Origin: Clostridia bacterium
GTDB lineage: Bacteria > Bacillota > Clostridia > Oscillospirales > CAG-272
Direction: 5' to 3'
Assembly (NCBI GenBank): GCA_028720145.1
Contig: JAQYLJ010000052.1
Coordinates: forward strand, 1-61,011
DNA: 61,011 nt
Positions 19,555 to 28,537 of the stretch are shown piece by piece (positions within the stretch are counted from its first letter, which is position 1; the number at the start of each line of letters is the position of its first letter). The notes beneath the pieces were generated by a model. That model had not been told where the DNA came from. It made no database searches and saw nothing but the letters and a program-made list of their open reading frames with translations. The translations under genes and the position numbers were made by a program.

Positions 19555-19813
19555 GACTATGACGAAGCCGGAAGTTGAACCGGACCCCAGAGAGTCGGCG
19601 GTTGGTGCGAGCCGATGCGACGGTTTGACAGTTTCCTATCCCTTCCGAGTCGGAGTGCCCAAAACGAGTGTGAGTAGGTGTTCCCGTGATGCCGCGTGAG
19701 TGCACAGGACTTGATGGAGTCCGATGAGGGCACGGTTTTATCCGTGAATTTGAGTGGTACCGCGGGTTATTTGACTCGTCTCAAAGTGTTTTGAGACGAG
19801 TCTTTTTGTTTTT
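19555..19813 (+). promoter_or_regulatory. T-box riboswitch, Ile specifier (ATC)
   Basis: Promoter TTGACA (19511)-17 bp-TATTCT; AGAGA and GGTGCGA; specifier ttcc-tATCc-cttc (19638-19640); T-box AATTTGAGTGGTACCGCG (19747-19764); terminator 19773-19813. Confidence 0.9.
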
Positions 19814-19839
19814 GAAATTGCAAACGGAGGAAATACAGT

Positions 19840-22107
19840 ATGCAGGAAACCCCCATGACACAGATAAGCGAAATCGCCGCCCGTATCCGCGGGATGCGCG
19901 AGATTCTCGGCTGGACACAGGGCGAGATGGCGGTGAAGACCGAGGTGAGCGAGGCGGATTACGGTGTCTACGAGAGCGGTAAGACCGACCTCCCGTTTAC
20001 CTTCATCCACAAGTGCGCGCTCGCGTTCGGGATGGAACTCACCGAGCTGCTCGAAGGACGGGTGCCGAACCTCTCGTCCTATACCGTCACCCGCCGCGGA
20101 GAGGGAGAACAGACCGCGAAAGAGGCAGGGATTCTCATTCGGAACCTCGCGCCCAAATTTCGCTCGAAGATAGCAGAACCCTACTGGGTGCGGTATGAGT
20201 ATTCGGAAGAGCTCCAAAATCGCCCGATTCATCTGACGCGTCACTCGGGGCAGGAGTTCGACCTCATTCTGCGCGGGAAACTCAAAGTACAGGTCGGCGA
20301 GCATACCGAGGTTCTCTCCGAGGGCGACAGCATCTACTACAACAGTTCGACCCCGCACGGCATGATTGCCGTGGACGGCGAGGACTGCGTGTTCTGCGCG
20401 GTCGTGCTCCCGGGGTCGGATGAGGAGAACACCGAGGACACCAAACTCACGGCGGCGGCGACCACCCCCGACGAGGACCTCGTGGTCGATAAGTTCGTCG
20501 AGACCAAGGTCGACGCGCAGGGCGTGCTCACCGAAGTGAAGTTCAAGAACACCGAACATTTCAACTTCGGGTTCGATATCGTGGACGCCATCGCCGAGAA
20601 GTCTCCCGACCGCCTCGCGATGCTCCACCTCGACTGCCATAAGACCGAGCGGCGGTTCACCTACCGCGACCTCCGCCGCGCGTCCAACCGCTGCGTCAAC
20701 TATTTCCGTTCGCTCGGCATCTCCCGCGGCGATAAGGTCATGCTGGTCCTCAAACGCCACCATCAGTTCTGGTTCTCGATGATTGCGCTCCATAAGCTGG
20801 GGGCTATCGCGATTCCCGCGACCTCACAGCTCAAAGAGCATGACTACGCATACCGCTTCGAGGCGGCGGGCGTGGATGCCATCATCGCCACTTCGGACGA
20901 CGGCGTGCCCGAGACCGTGGAGGCCGCGGCGAAAGCGGGGAACGCACCCGAGATCCGCGTCCTCGTCGGCGGGAAACGCGCGGGCTGGCACGACTTCGAT
21001 GCCGAATACCCGCTCTTTTCGAGCCACTACGAGCGCCCCGCGGACGCGCCCGGCGGCGACGAGACCGCCCTCATGTTCTTCACTTCGGGCACGACGGGGA
21101 ACGCCAAGATGGCGGCGCATAAGCACACCTACGGGCTCGGGCATTTCGTCACCGCGAAATACTGGCACTGTTGTGAGAAAGACGGGCTCCACTTCACCAT
21201 CTCCGATACCGGCTGGGGGAAATCCCTCTGGGGCAAGCTCTACGGGCAGTTCATGTGTGAGGGCGCGGTGTTCGTCTACGACTTCAACCGCTTCTCCGCG
21301 TCTGATTTGCTCCCGCTCTTTGCGCAGTACCATATCACCACTTTCTGCGCGCCGCCCACCATGCTCCGCATGATGATTAAAGAGGATCTCTCGGCATACG
21401 ATTTCTCTTCGGTCAAGCACATGACCACCGCGGGTGAGGCACTCAACCCCGAGGTGCAGAAACAGTTTCTCGCCGCGACCGGGCTCACCATCATGGAGGG
21501 CTTCGGACAGACCGAGACCACCCTCACCATCGCGAACCTCGCGGGCGTACAGCCCAAACTCGGCTCGATGGGGAAAGCGTCTCCCCAGTACCCCATCGTC
21601 CTCGTCGACCCGGACGGCAAGCCGGTCGGGAACGGGGAAGTGGGCGAAATCTGTGTCGACCTCTCGAACGGCGCACCAGTCGGACTCTTCTCGGGGTATT
21701 ACCGCGACTCCGAAAAGACGGCGGAGGTCATTCGCGGAGGTCTCTATCACACGGGCGATACCGCGTGGCGGGATGAGGACGGCTATTTCTACTATGTCAG
21801 CCGCGTGGACGATGTCATCAAGTCCTCGGGCTACCGCATCGGACCCTTCGAGATTGAGAGCGTGATTATGGAACTCCCCTACGTCCTCGAATGCGGGGTT
21901 TCCGCCGCGCCCGACGAGGTGCGCGGACAGGTGGTAAAGGCGAGCATCGTCTTAACCCAAGGCACCGAGCCGACAGAAGAGCTCAAAAAAGAGATTCAGG
22001 AGTATGTCAAGAGCCATACCGCACCCTATAAGTACCCCCGCATCGTGGTCTTCCGCAAGGAACTCCCCAAGACGGTCAGCGGGAAAATCCAAAGAAATCT
22101 ACTGTAA
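19840..22107 (+). CDS. XRE-HTH + cupin + medium-chain acyl-CoA synthetase fusion, copy 1
   Basis: HTH (IRGMREILGWTQGEMA), cupin (HSGQEFD, EGDSIYYNSSTPHG), FTSGTTGNAK, DTGWGK, GFGQTET, SSGYRIGPFEIE, PKTVSGK. Confidence 0.92.
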   Translation: MQETPMTQISEIAARIRGMREILGWTQGEMAVKTEVSEADYGVYESGKTDLPFTFIHKCALAFGMELTELLEGRVPNLSSYTVTRRGEGEQTAKEAGILIRNLAPKFRSKIAEPYWVRYEYSEELQNRPIHLTRHSGQEFDLILRGKLKVQVGEHTEVLSEGDSIYYNSSTPHGMIAVDGEDCVFCAVVLPGSDEENTEDTKLTAAATTPDEDLVVDKFVETKVDAQGVLTEVKFKNTEHFNFGFDIVDAIAEKSPDRLAMLHLDCHKTERRFTYRDLRRASNRCVNYFRSLGISRGDKVMLVLKRHHQFWFSMIALHKLGAIAIPATSQLKEHDYAYRFEAAGVDAIIATSDDGVPETVEAAAKAGNAPEIRVLVGGKRAGWHDFDAEYPLFSSHYERPADAPGGDETALMFFTSGTTGNAKMAAHKHTYGLGHFVTAKYWHCCEKDGLHFTISDTGWGKSLWGKLYGQFMCEGAVFVYDFNRFSASDLLPLFAQYHITTFCAPPTMLRMMIKEDLSAYDFSSVKHMTTAGEALNPEVQKQFLAATGLTIMEGFGQTETTLTIANLAGVQPKLGSMGKASPQYPIVLVDPDGKPVGNGEVGEICVDLSNGAPVGLFSGYYRDSEKTAEVIRGGLYHTGDTAWRDEDGYFYYVSRVDDVIKSSGYRIGPFEIESVIMELPYVLECGVSAAPDEVRGQVVKASIVLTQGTEPTEELKKEIQEYVKSHTAPYKYPRIVVFRKELPKTVSGKIQRNLL

Positions 22108-22160
22108 AAACACTTGACACAATTTGCGAAGTATGATAGGATAATACCAAATTTATTAAA

Positions 22161-22420
22161 GGCGATGAAGAAAAGGGCGTTTGTTTTGCTTCTTCAGAGA
22201 CATGGCGGTCGGTGCGAGCCATGGGGGCGGTCAAATGTTTGTAGTTTCCGAGCCGAGAGGAAGAAAGGGAGACCGAGTAGACCCTCTCCGTCACTTGCCG
22301 CGTCAGTGCATAGGACTTGTCAGAGTCCGATAAGGGCACGGAGTTTTCCGTGAATTTGAGTGGTACCGCGGGTTTTACGACTCGTCTCAAAGTCATACTT
22401 TGGGGCGGGTCTTTCTGTTT
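22161..22420 (+). promoter_or_regulatory. T-box riboswitch, Val specifier (GTA)
   Basis: TTGACA at 22114; AGAGA and GGTGCGA; specifier atgtt-tGTAg-tttc (22241-22243); T-box AATTTGAGTGGTACCGCG (22353-22370); terminator 22379-22420. Confidence 0.9.
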
Positions 22421-22438
22421 CCCGCCGAAGGAGAATTT

Positions 22439-24733
22439 ATGCAGAAAACACGGGATTTGGAAGTAAAGATTCTCGAAATGGCGCAGAGAATCCGTGCGCT
22501 GCGCGAGATCGTCGGACTGTCGAGTGCGGAAATGGCGGAAAAGACCGATGTCGAAGAGGAAGAATACCTCGCCTGCGAGGCGGGGAAAGAGGACTTAAAC
22601 TTCGCATTCCTCTACCGCTGCGCACAGGCGCTCGGGGTCGATGTCACCGATATCATCGAGGGGACGGGGCCCCGCCTGTCCTCGTATACCGTCACGAGAC
22701 GGGGAGAGGGACAGAAAATCGAACAGGCGCACGGCATGGTGTACTATAACCTCGCCGCCGCGTTCAAGAACCGTATCGCGGAGCCGCTGTATGTCTGTTC
22801 CGCCTATTCCGAGGAAGCGACAGGCAAGGACATTCCCCTGACCACCCACCTCGGGCAGGAGTGCGATATCATCGTCAAAGGTGTACTCAAAGTGCAGGTC
22901 GGCGACCATATCGAGATTCTGCGCGCGGGCGACAGCATTTACTATGACAGTTCGACCCCGCACGGCATGATTGCCCTCGAAGGGGCGGACTGCTGGTTCT
23001 ACGCCATCGTCCTGAACCCGACGGGGGAACCCATGTCCACCCTGACCCACAGCGGGGTGCGCGAGTTCATCACCCTGCCGCCGAAGTTCACGCCCAAGCA
23101 CCGCTTCGTTTGGGAGGACTTCATCGTGGCGGAAGAGGACGAGACGGGCGCACTCAAAAAACTGACCTTCAAAAATCAGGAGAAATTCAACTTCGCATTC
23201 GATGTCATCGACCGTCTCGGCACCGAGCAGGCGGGGAAACTCGCGATGCTCCATCTCGACAGAAACAAAACCGAGCGCCGTTTCACGTTCGGAGACCTCA
23301 AACGCGCGTCGGCGCAGGCGGCGAACTATTTCCGCTCGCTCGGAATCAAACGGGGTGATCGGGTGCTTCTCATTCTCAAACGGCATTACCAGTTCTGGAT
23401 TGCCATTTTGGGGCTGATGAAACTCGGGGCGATTGCCATCCCCGCGCCCAACCAGTTGCGCGAGCACGATATTTCCTACCGTCTGAACCGCGCCGAGATT
23501 AAGGCGATTCTCTGTACCGCGGACGGCGATGTCTCGGGCGAGGTGGACGCGGCTGCCGCGTCGGCACCCTGTCTCGAAACAAAAATCATGGTGGACGGGC
23601 ACCGCGACGGCTGGCATGACTTCGATGCTGAATACCCGCTCTTTACCGGCAAATTCGAGCGCACCGAGGACACCCCCTGCGGCGAGGATATTATGCTCAT
23701 GTACTTCACCTCGGGCACCTCGGGGAATCCGAAAATCGCCGTACATAACTACGAATACCCGCTCGGGCATTTCCACACCGCGAAATATTGGCATTGCGTC
23801 GACCCCGACGGACTCCATTTCACCGTGTCGGACACGGGATGGGCGAAAGCCGCGTGGGGGAAAATCTTCGGACAATGGCTCTGTGAGGCGGCGATCTTCG
23901 TCTACGACTTCGACCGCTTTGACGCGGCGGATATTCTCCCCATGTTCGCGAAATACCACATCACCACTTTCTGTGCGCCGCCCACCATCCTCCGCATGAT
24001 GGTGAAGCAGGATATCGGGAAATACGACCTCTCGTCGGTCACCCACATGACGACCGCGGGCGAGGCGCTGAACCCCGAGGTCTTCCGCCAGTTCGAGGCG
24101 GCGACGGGGCTCACCATCATGGAGGGCTTCGGACAGACCGAGACCACCTGCGCCATCGCCAATCTGGTCGGCACCCGTGCGCGTCTCGGCTCGATGGGGA
24201 AACCCGTGCCGCTCTACCATATAGAACTATTGAATCCGGCGGGAGAACCCGTGCCGGACGGCGAAGTCGGAGAAATCTGTATCGATGTCTCAAACGGTGC
24301 GCCCTGCGGACTTTTCCGCGGCTACTACCGCGACGAGGAAAAGACGGCGGAGTGCTGGCACGACGGGTACTACCACACGGGCGATACCGCGTGGCGTGAC
24401 GAGGACGGCTACTTCTGGTATGTCGGACGCATCGACGACCTCATCAAGTCCTCGGGCTATCGCATTGGACCCTTCGAGATTGAGAATGTCATAATGGAAC
24501 TCCCGTATGTCCTCGAATGCGGGGTCTCCGCCGCACCCGACGAGGTGCGCGGACAGGTGGTGAAGGCGAGTATCGTCCTCACCCCGGGGACCGAACCGAC
24601 AGAAGAACTCAAAAAAGAGATTCAGGAGTATGTCAAGGCGCGTACCGCCCCGTATAAGTACCCGCGTATCGTGGTGTTCAAGGACGAACTGCCCAAGACC
24701 ACGAGCGGTAAGATTCAGAGAAATCAACTGTGA
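22439..24733 (+). CDS. XRE-HTH + cupin + medium-chain acyl-CoA synthetase fusion, copy 2
   Basis: Same architecture as copy 1; FTSGTSGNPK, DTGWAK, GFGQTET, PKTTSGK; AAGGAG RBS before ATG 22439. Confidence 0.92.
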   Translation: MQKTRDLEVKILEMAQRIRALREIVGLSSAEMAEKTDVEEEEYLACEAGKEDLNFAFLYRCAQALGVDVTDIIEGTGPRLSSYTVTRRGEGQKIEQAHGMVYYNLAAAFKNRIAEPLYVCSAYSEEATGKDIPLTTHLGQECDIIVKGVLKVQVGDHIEILRAGDSIYYDSSTPHGMIALEGADCWFYAIVLNPTGEPMSTLTHSGVREFITLPPKFTPKHRFVWEDFIVAEEDETGALKKLTFKNQEKFNFAFDVIDRLGTEQAGKLAMLHLDRNKTERRFTFGDLKRASAQAANYFRSLGIKRGDRVLLILKRHYQFWIAILGLMKLGAIAIPAPNQLREHDISYRLNRAEIKAILCTADGDVSGEVDAAAASAPCLETKIMVDGHRDGWHDFDAEYPLFTGKFERTEDTPCGEDIMLMYFTSGTSGNPKIAVHNYEYPLGHFHTAKYWHCVDPDGLHFTVSDTGWAKAAWGKIFGQWLCEAAIFVYDFDRFDAADILPMFAKYHITTFCAPPTILRMMVKQDIGKYDLSSVTHMTTAGEALNPEVFRQFEAATGLTIMEGFGQTETTCAIANLVGTRARLGSMGKPVPLYHIELLNPAGEPVPDGEVGEICIDVSNGAPCGLFRGYYRDEEKTAECWHDGYYHTGDTAWRDEDGYFWYVGRIDDLIKSSGYRIGPFEIENVIMELPYVLECGVSAAPDEVRGQVVKASIVLTPGTEPTEELKKEIQEYVKARTAPYKYPRIVVFKDELPKTTSGKIQRNQL

Positions 24734-24744
24734 GAAGGAGATAG

Positions 24745-25821
24745 ATGATGGAAATTCAATTCACGCCGACCGCGACCCCGAAAGAAAAGCCGAAAGACGA
24801 GAGCAAACTCGGCTTCGGGAAGATTTTTACCGACTATATGTTCGTCATGGACTACTCCGCCGATAAGGGGTGGCATGACGCCCGCATTATCCCTTACGGA
24901 CCCCTTGCTCTGAATCCCGCCTCTTCGGTGCTTCACTATGGGACCGAGATTTTCGAGGGGCTGAAAGCCTACCGCACGAGCGACGGTGAAATCCGTCTGT
25001 TCCGCCCGTGGGAGAACATTCGCCGCATGAATAACAGTGCCGAGCGTCTGTGTCTGCCCGAGGTGGACGAGGAATTTGTCCTCTCGGCGTTCGACCGCCT
25101 CGTCACGCTCGAAAAGGACTGGGTGCCGCACGAAGAGGGGACCTCGCTGTACCTGCGCCCGTTCATGTACGGGAACGACCCGCACCTCGGCGTGCACGCG
25201 GTGCATGACGCGACCTTCGTCATCATCTGCTCTCCCGTCGGCGCGTATTACGCCGAGGGCATCAACCCCGTGAAGATTATCATTGAAGATAAAGATGTCC
25301 GCGCCGTCCGCGGCGGTACGGGGTACGCCAAGTGCGGCGGTAACTACGCCGCCAGTCTCCGCGCAGGGAAGAAAGCAGAAGAAAAGGGCTATACGCAGGT
25401 TCTTTGGCTCGATGGCGTGGAGCGGAAGTACATCGAGGAAGTCGGGTCGATGAATGTCATGTTCAAGATCGACGGCACCATCGTCACCCCCGCGCTCCTC
25501 GGCTCGGTGCTCCCGGGCATCACCCGGAAATCCTGTATCGAACTTCTGAAATCTTGGGGCTACAAGGTCGAAGAGAGACAGCTCTCGGTCGATGAACTGG
25601 TTGCCGCCATCAAGGACGGGAAACTCGAAGAGGCATGGGGCACGGGGACTGCCGCCGTGGTGTCTCCCATCGGGACCCTCTGCTATGAAAATGTCGAGTA
25701 TACCGTGAACGGGAGTAAAATCGGCGAGATTACCCAGCGGCTCTATGACGAACTCACCGGGATTCAATGGGGCAGACAGCCCGACCCGTTCTCTTGGTGC
25801 CATACGGTCTGCCGCGCATGA
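24745..25821 (+). CDS. ilvE: Branched-chain amino acid aminotransferase
   Basis: LGFGKIFTD, LHYG..IFEGLKAY, LYLRPF, AKCGGNYA, EEVGSMN, LPGITR, GTGTAAV. Confidence 0.96.
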   Translation: MMEIQFTPTATPKEKPKDESKLGFGKIFTDYMFVMDYSADKGWHDARIIPYGPLALNPASSVLHYGTEIFEGLKAYRTSDGEIRLFRPWENIRRMNNSAERLCLPEVDEEFVLSAFDRLVTLEKDWVPHEEGTSLYLRPFMYGNDPHLGVHAVHDATFVIICSPVGAYYAEGINPVKIIIEDKDVRAVRGGTGYAKCGGNYAASLRAGKKAEEKGYTQVLWLDGVERKYIEEVGSMNVMFKIDGTIVTPALLGSVLPGITRKSCIELLKSWGYKVEERQLSVDELVAAIKDGKLEEAWGTGTAAVVSPIGTLCYENVEYTVNGSKIGEITQRLYDELTGIQWGRQPDPFSWCHTVCRA

Positions 25822-26486
25822 CCGCGACATTACCACCCCCGCACCGCGTGACCCTGTTCGCGGGGCATTACGGGAGCGGGAAGACCAATCTGGCGGTCAA
25901 TCGGGCGCTCGCCCTGCGCGCGGCGGGTTATCCCGTCGCCATCGCCGACCTTGATATCGTCAATCCCTATTTCCGTACCAAAGACAGCGCGGCGGAACTC
26001 GCCGCGGCGGGGATTCCTCTGATTTCCCCCGCGTTCGCGAACTCGAATGTCGATCTCCCTGCGCTCCCCAAAGAGGTCTATGAACTCGTGGACGACCGCA
26101 GTACCCTCGCCATCTTCGATGTCGGCGGAGACGACCGCGGCGCGTACGCGCTCGGACGGTACACCCCCTCGATTCTCGAAGAGGGCGACTACGAGATGAT
26201 TTTCGTCGCGAACTTCTGCCGCCCCTTGACGCGCACCGCCGCGGAGGCGCTCGAAGTCATGCGCGAGATTGAGGCGGCGGGCGGGATTCCCTTTACGGGA
26301 ATCGTCAATAACTCCAATATCGGGGAAGAGACCACCCCCGAGACCCTGCGCGCCACTTACGCGACGGCGGAAGAACTCGCGCGCCTGTCCCGGCTGCCCA
26401 TCCTCTTTTGCTCGGCTGACCGTCGTGTCGCTATGCAGATGGAAGAGCCGGTATTCGGGATGCAATTACAGAAAAAAGTATTTTGA
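25818..26486 (+). CDS. P-loop NTPase-like protein preceding the oxidoreductase genes
   Basis: GHYGSGKT, DLDIVNPYFR, DVGGD; ATGA overlap with ilvE. Confidence 0.8.
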   Translation: MTATLPPPHRVTLFAGHYGSGKTNLAVNRALALRAAGYPVAIADLDIVNPYFRTKDSAAELAAAGIPLISPAFANSNVDLPALPKEVYELVDDRSTLAIFDVGGDDRGAYALGRYTPSILEEGDYEMIFVANFCRPLTRTAAEALEVMREIEAAGGIPFTGIVNNSNIGEETTPETLRATYATAEELARLSRLPILFCSADRRVAMQMEEPVFGMQLQKKVF

Positions 26487-26504
26487 CTGAGAAGGAGAAA
26501 TGAG

Positions 26505-26711
26505 ATGCCAAAGGTAACATTTCGGTCAGACCTTTGTAAGGGGTGCGGACTGTGCGTCGCCGCCTGTCCGAAGAAGATTATCACCCTCGCCAAAGGGAAA
26601 ATCAATCAGAAAGGACATTCCCCCGCCGAGGTGACCGACCCGAGCGCGTGTATCGGTTGTGCATTCTGCGCGACCATGTGCCCGGACTGCGTGATTACGG
26701 TGGAGAAGTGA
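26505..26711 (+). CDS. 2[4Fe-4S] ferredoxin subunit (delta) of 2-oxoacid:ferredoxin oxidoreductase
   Basis: CKGCGLCVAACP and CIGCAFCATMCP. Confidence 0.93.
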   Translation: MPKVTFRSDLCKGCGLCVAACPKKIITLAKGKINQKGHSPAEVTDPSACIGCAFCATMCPDCVITVEK

Positions 26712-26723
26712 GAGGAGAGACAG

Positions 26724-27785
26724 ATGGCTGATAAAGTACTTATGAAAGGCAACGAGGCGATTGCGGAAGCGGCGATTCGCGCGGGTTGCCGTCACTACTT
26801 CGGATACCCCATCACCCCCCAGACCGAGGTGGCGGCGTATATGGCGAAGCGGATGCCGAAAATCGGCGGCGTGTTCCTCCAGGCGGAGAGCGAGATTTCC
26901 GCCATCAATATGGTGTACGGGGTCGCGAGCGCGGGTATGCGCGTCATGACCTCTTCGTCCAGTCCCGGGATTTCTTTGAAACAGGAGGGGATTTCCTACC
27001 TCGCGGGCGCAGACCTGCCCGCGCTCATTGTCAATGTCCAGCGCGGCGGACCCGGGCTCGGCGGGATTCAGCCCTCCCAGTCCGACTATTTCCAGGCGAC
27101 CAAGGGCGGCGGGCACGGCGACTATCATCTGATTGTCCTCGCCCCTGCGTCGGTGCAGGAAATGGCGGATATGACGGGGAAGGCGTTTGACCTCGCGGAC
27201 GAATATCGGATGCCCGTCATGCTGCTCGCGGACGGGACGATGGGACAGATGATGGAGCCGGTCACCCTGCCCGAGACGGCACCCCGCACGGTCGAGAAAC
27301 CGTGGGCGGTCACAGGTACGCAAGGGAAGCGGGAACACAATATCATCAACTCGCTGTACCTGAAACCCGAGATTCTCGAACGCACCAACCTTGAACGCTA
27401 TGACCGCTATCGGGTCATCGAAGAGAAAGAGCCGCTGTGGGAGGAATACCTCACCGAGGACGCGGATATTTGCGTGGTCGCGTTCGGCATCGCAGCCCGC
27501 GTGTCCAAGAACGCGGTGAAAGCCGCCCGCGCAAAGGGCATCAAAGCGGGTCTCATTCGTCCCATCACCCTTTGGCCGTTCCCGAAGGCACCGCTCGCGA
27601 AAGCCGCCGAGCACGCAAAGGCGTTTCTCTCGGTCGAACTCTCGATGGGGCAGATGATCGAGGATATCGAACTCGCGATTCGTTGCCGTCGTCCGGTCAC
27701 GCTCTGTAACCGTACCGGCGGTATGATTCCCACGCCCGAGGAAGTCCTCGCGGCGATTGAAAAAGCGGCGGGAGGAGAGAACTGA
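26724..27785 (+). CDS. vorB: 3-methyl-2-oxobutanoate:ferredoxin oxidoreductase alpha-type subunit
   Basis: MKGNEAIAE, YFGYPITPQ, QAESE, TSSSSPG, QRGGPGLG, ATKGGGHGD. Confidence 0.88.
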   Translation: MADKVLMKGNEAIAEAAIRAGCRHYFGYPITPQTEVAAYMAKRMPKIGGVFLQAESEISAINMVYGVASAGMRVMTSSSSPGISLKQEGISYLAGADLPALIVNVQRGGPGLGGIQPSQSDYFQATKGGGHGDYHLIVLAPASVQEMADMTGKAFDLADEYRMPVMLLADGTMGQMMEPVTLPETAPRTVEKPWAVTGTQGKREHNIINSLYLKPEILERTNLERYDRYRVIEEKEPLWEEYLTEDADICVVAFGIAARVSKNAVKAARAKGIKAGLIRPITLWPFPKAPLAKAAEHAKAFLSVELSMGQMIEDIELAIRCRRPVTLCNRTGGMIPTPEEVLAAIEKAAGGEN

Positions 27786-28537
27786 TGATTATTTTTGAGA
27801 AACCGAAATCCCTCGCGGATGTTCCGCTTCACTATTGCCCGGGCTGTACCCACGGGATTATCCATCGTCTTGTCGCAGAGGCGATCGACGACCTCGGGAT
27901 TGAGGGGAAGACCGTCGGCGTTGCTCCCGTCGGATGCGCCGTCATGGCATACGACTACTTCACCTGCGATATGGTCGAGGCGGCACACGGCAGAGCGCCA
28001 GCCGTCGCGACGGGCTTAAAACGCGCGATGCCCGAGAATATCATCTTCACCTATCAGGGGGACGGCGACCTCGCCTCCATCGGGATGGCGGAGACGGTGC
28101 ACGCCGCGACGAGAAACGAGAATATCACGATTATCTTCGTCAATAACGCGATTTACGGCATGACGGGCGGGCAGATGGCGCCCACCTCGCTCCCGGGACA
28201 GGTCACGCAGACCTCGCCTTACGGGCGGGATGTGCAGACGGTCGGCTACCCCATCCGCGTCTCCGAGATGCTCGCCGCACTCGACGGACCCTACTATATC
28301 GAGCGGGTCGCCGTCAACAGCGTGAAGCACGTCCGCGACGCGAAGAAAGCCATTCGCCACGCGTTCGAGAATCAGGTGGCGGGAAAGGGCTTCTCCCTCA
28401 TCGAGGTGGTGTCCTCCTGCCCGACGAACTGGGGCATGACCCCCGAGAAGGCGCTCGCGTGGGTGGACGAGAAGATGATTCCGTACTATCCGCTCGGCGT
28501 GTATAAAGACAAAGATAAGGAGGCGGGAGAAGCATGA
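27785..28537 (+). CDS. TPP-binding beta subunit of 2-oxoacid:ferredoxin oxidoreductase
   Basis: YCPGCTHG, HGRA, QGDGD, NNAIYGMTGGQMAPT, SCPTNW. Confidence 0.92.
   Translation: MIIFEKPKSLADVPLHYCPGCTHGIIHRLVAEAIDDLGIEGKTVGVAPVGCAVMAYDYFTCDMVEAAHGRAPAVATGLKRAMPENIIFTYQGDGDLASIGMAETVHAATRNENITIIFVNNAIYGMTGGQMAPTSLPGQVTQTSPYGRDVQTVGYPIRVSEMLAALDGPYYIERVAVNSVKHVRDAKKAIRHAFENQVAGKGFSLIEVVSSCPTNWGMTPEKALAWVDEKMIPYYPLGVYKDKDKEAGEA

Noticed and set aside
16997-19705. 902-aa antisense ORF and other long shadow ORFs (e.g. 1361-2914, 14575-16029, 22595-24220, 40305-41900)
   Set aside because: They lie antisense to well-supported genes and have no recognisable motifs, as expected from high-GC codon bias.
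19700-19750. Hammerhead-like CCGATGAG in the Ile T-box
   Set aside because: It lacks the CUGANGA/GAAA core and is explained as part of the T-box leader.
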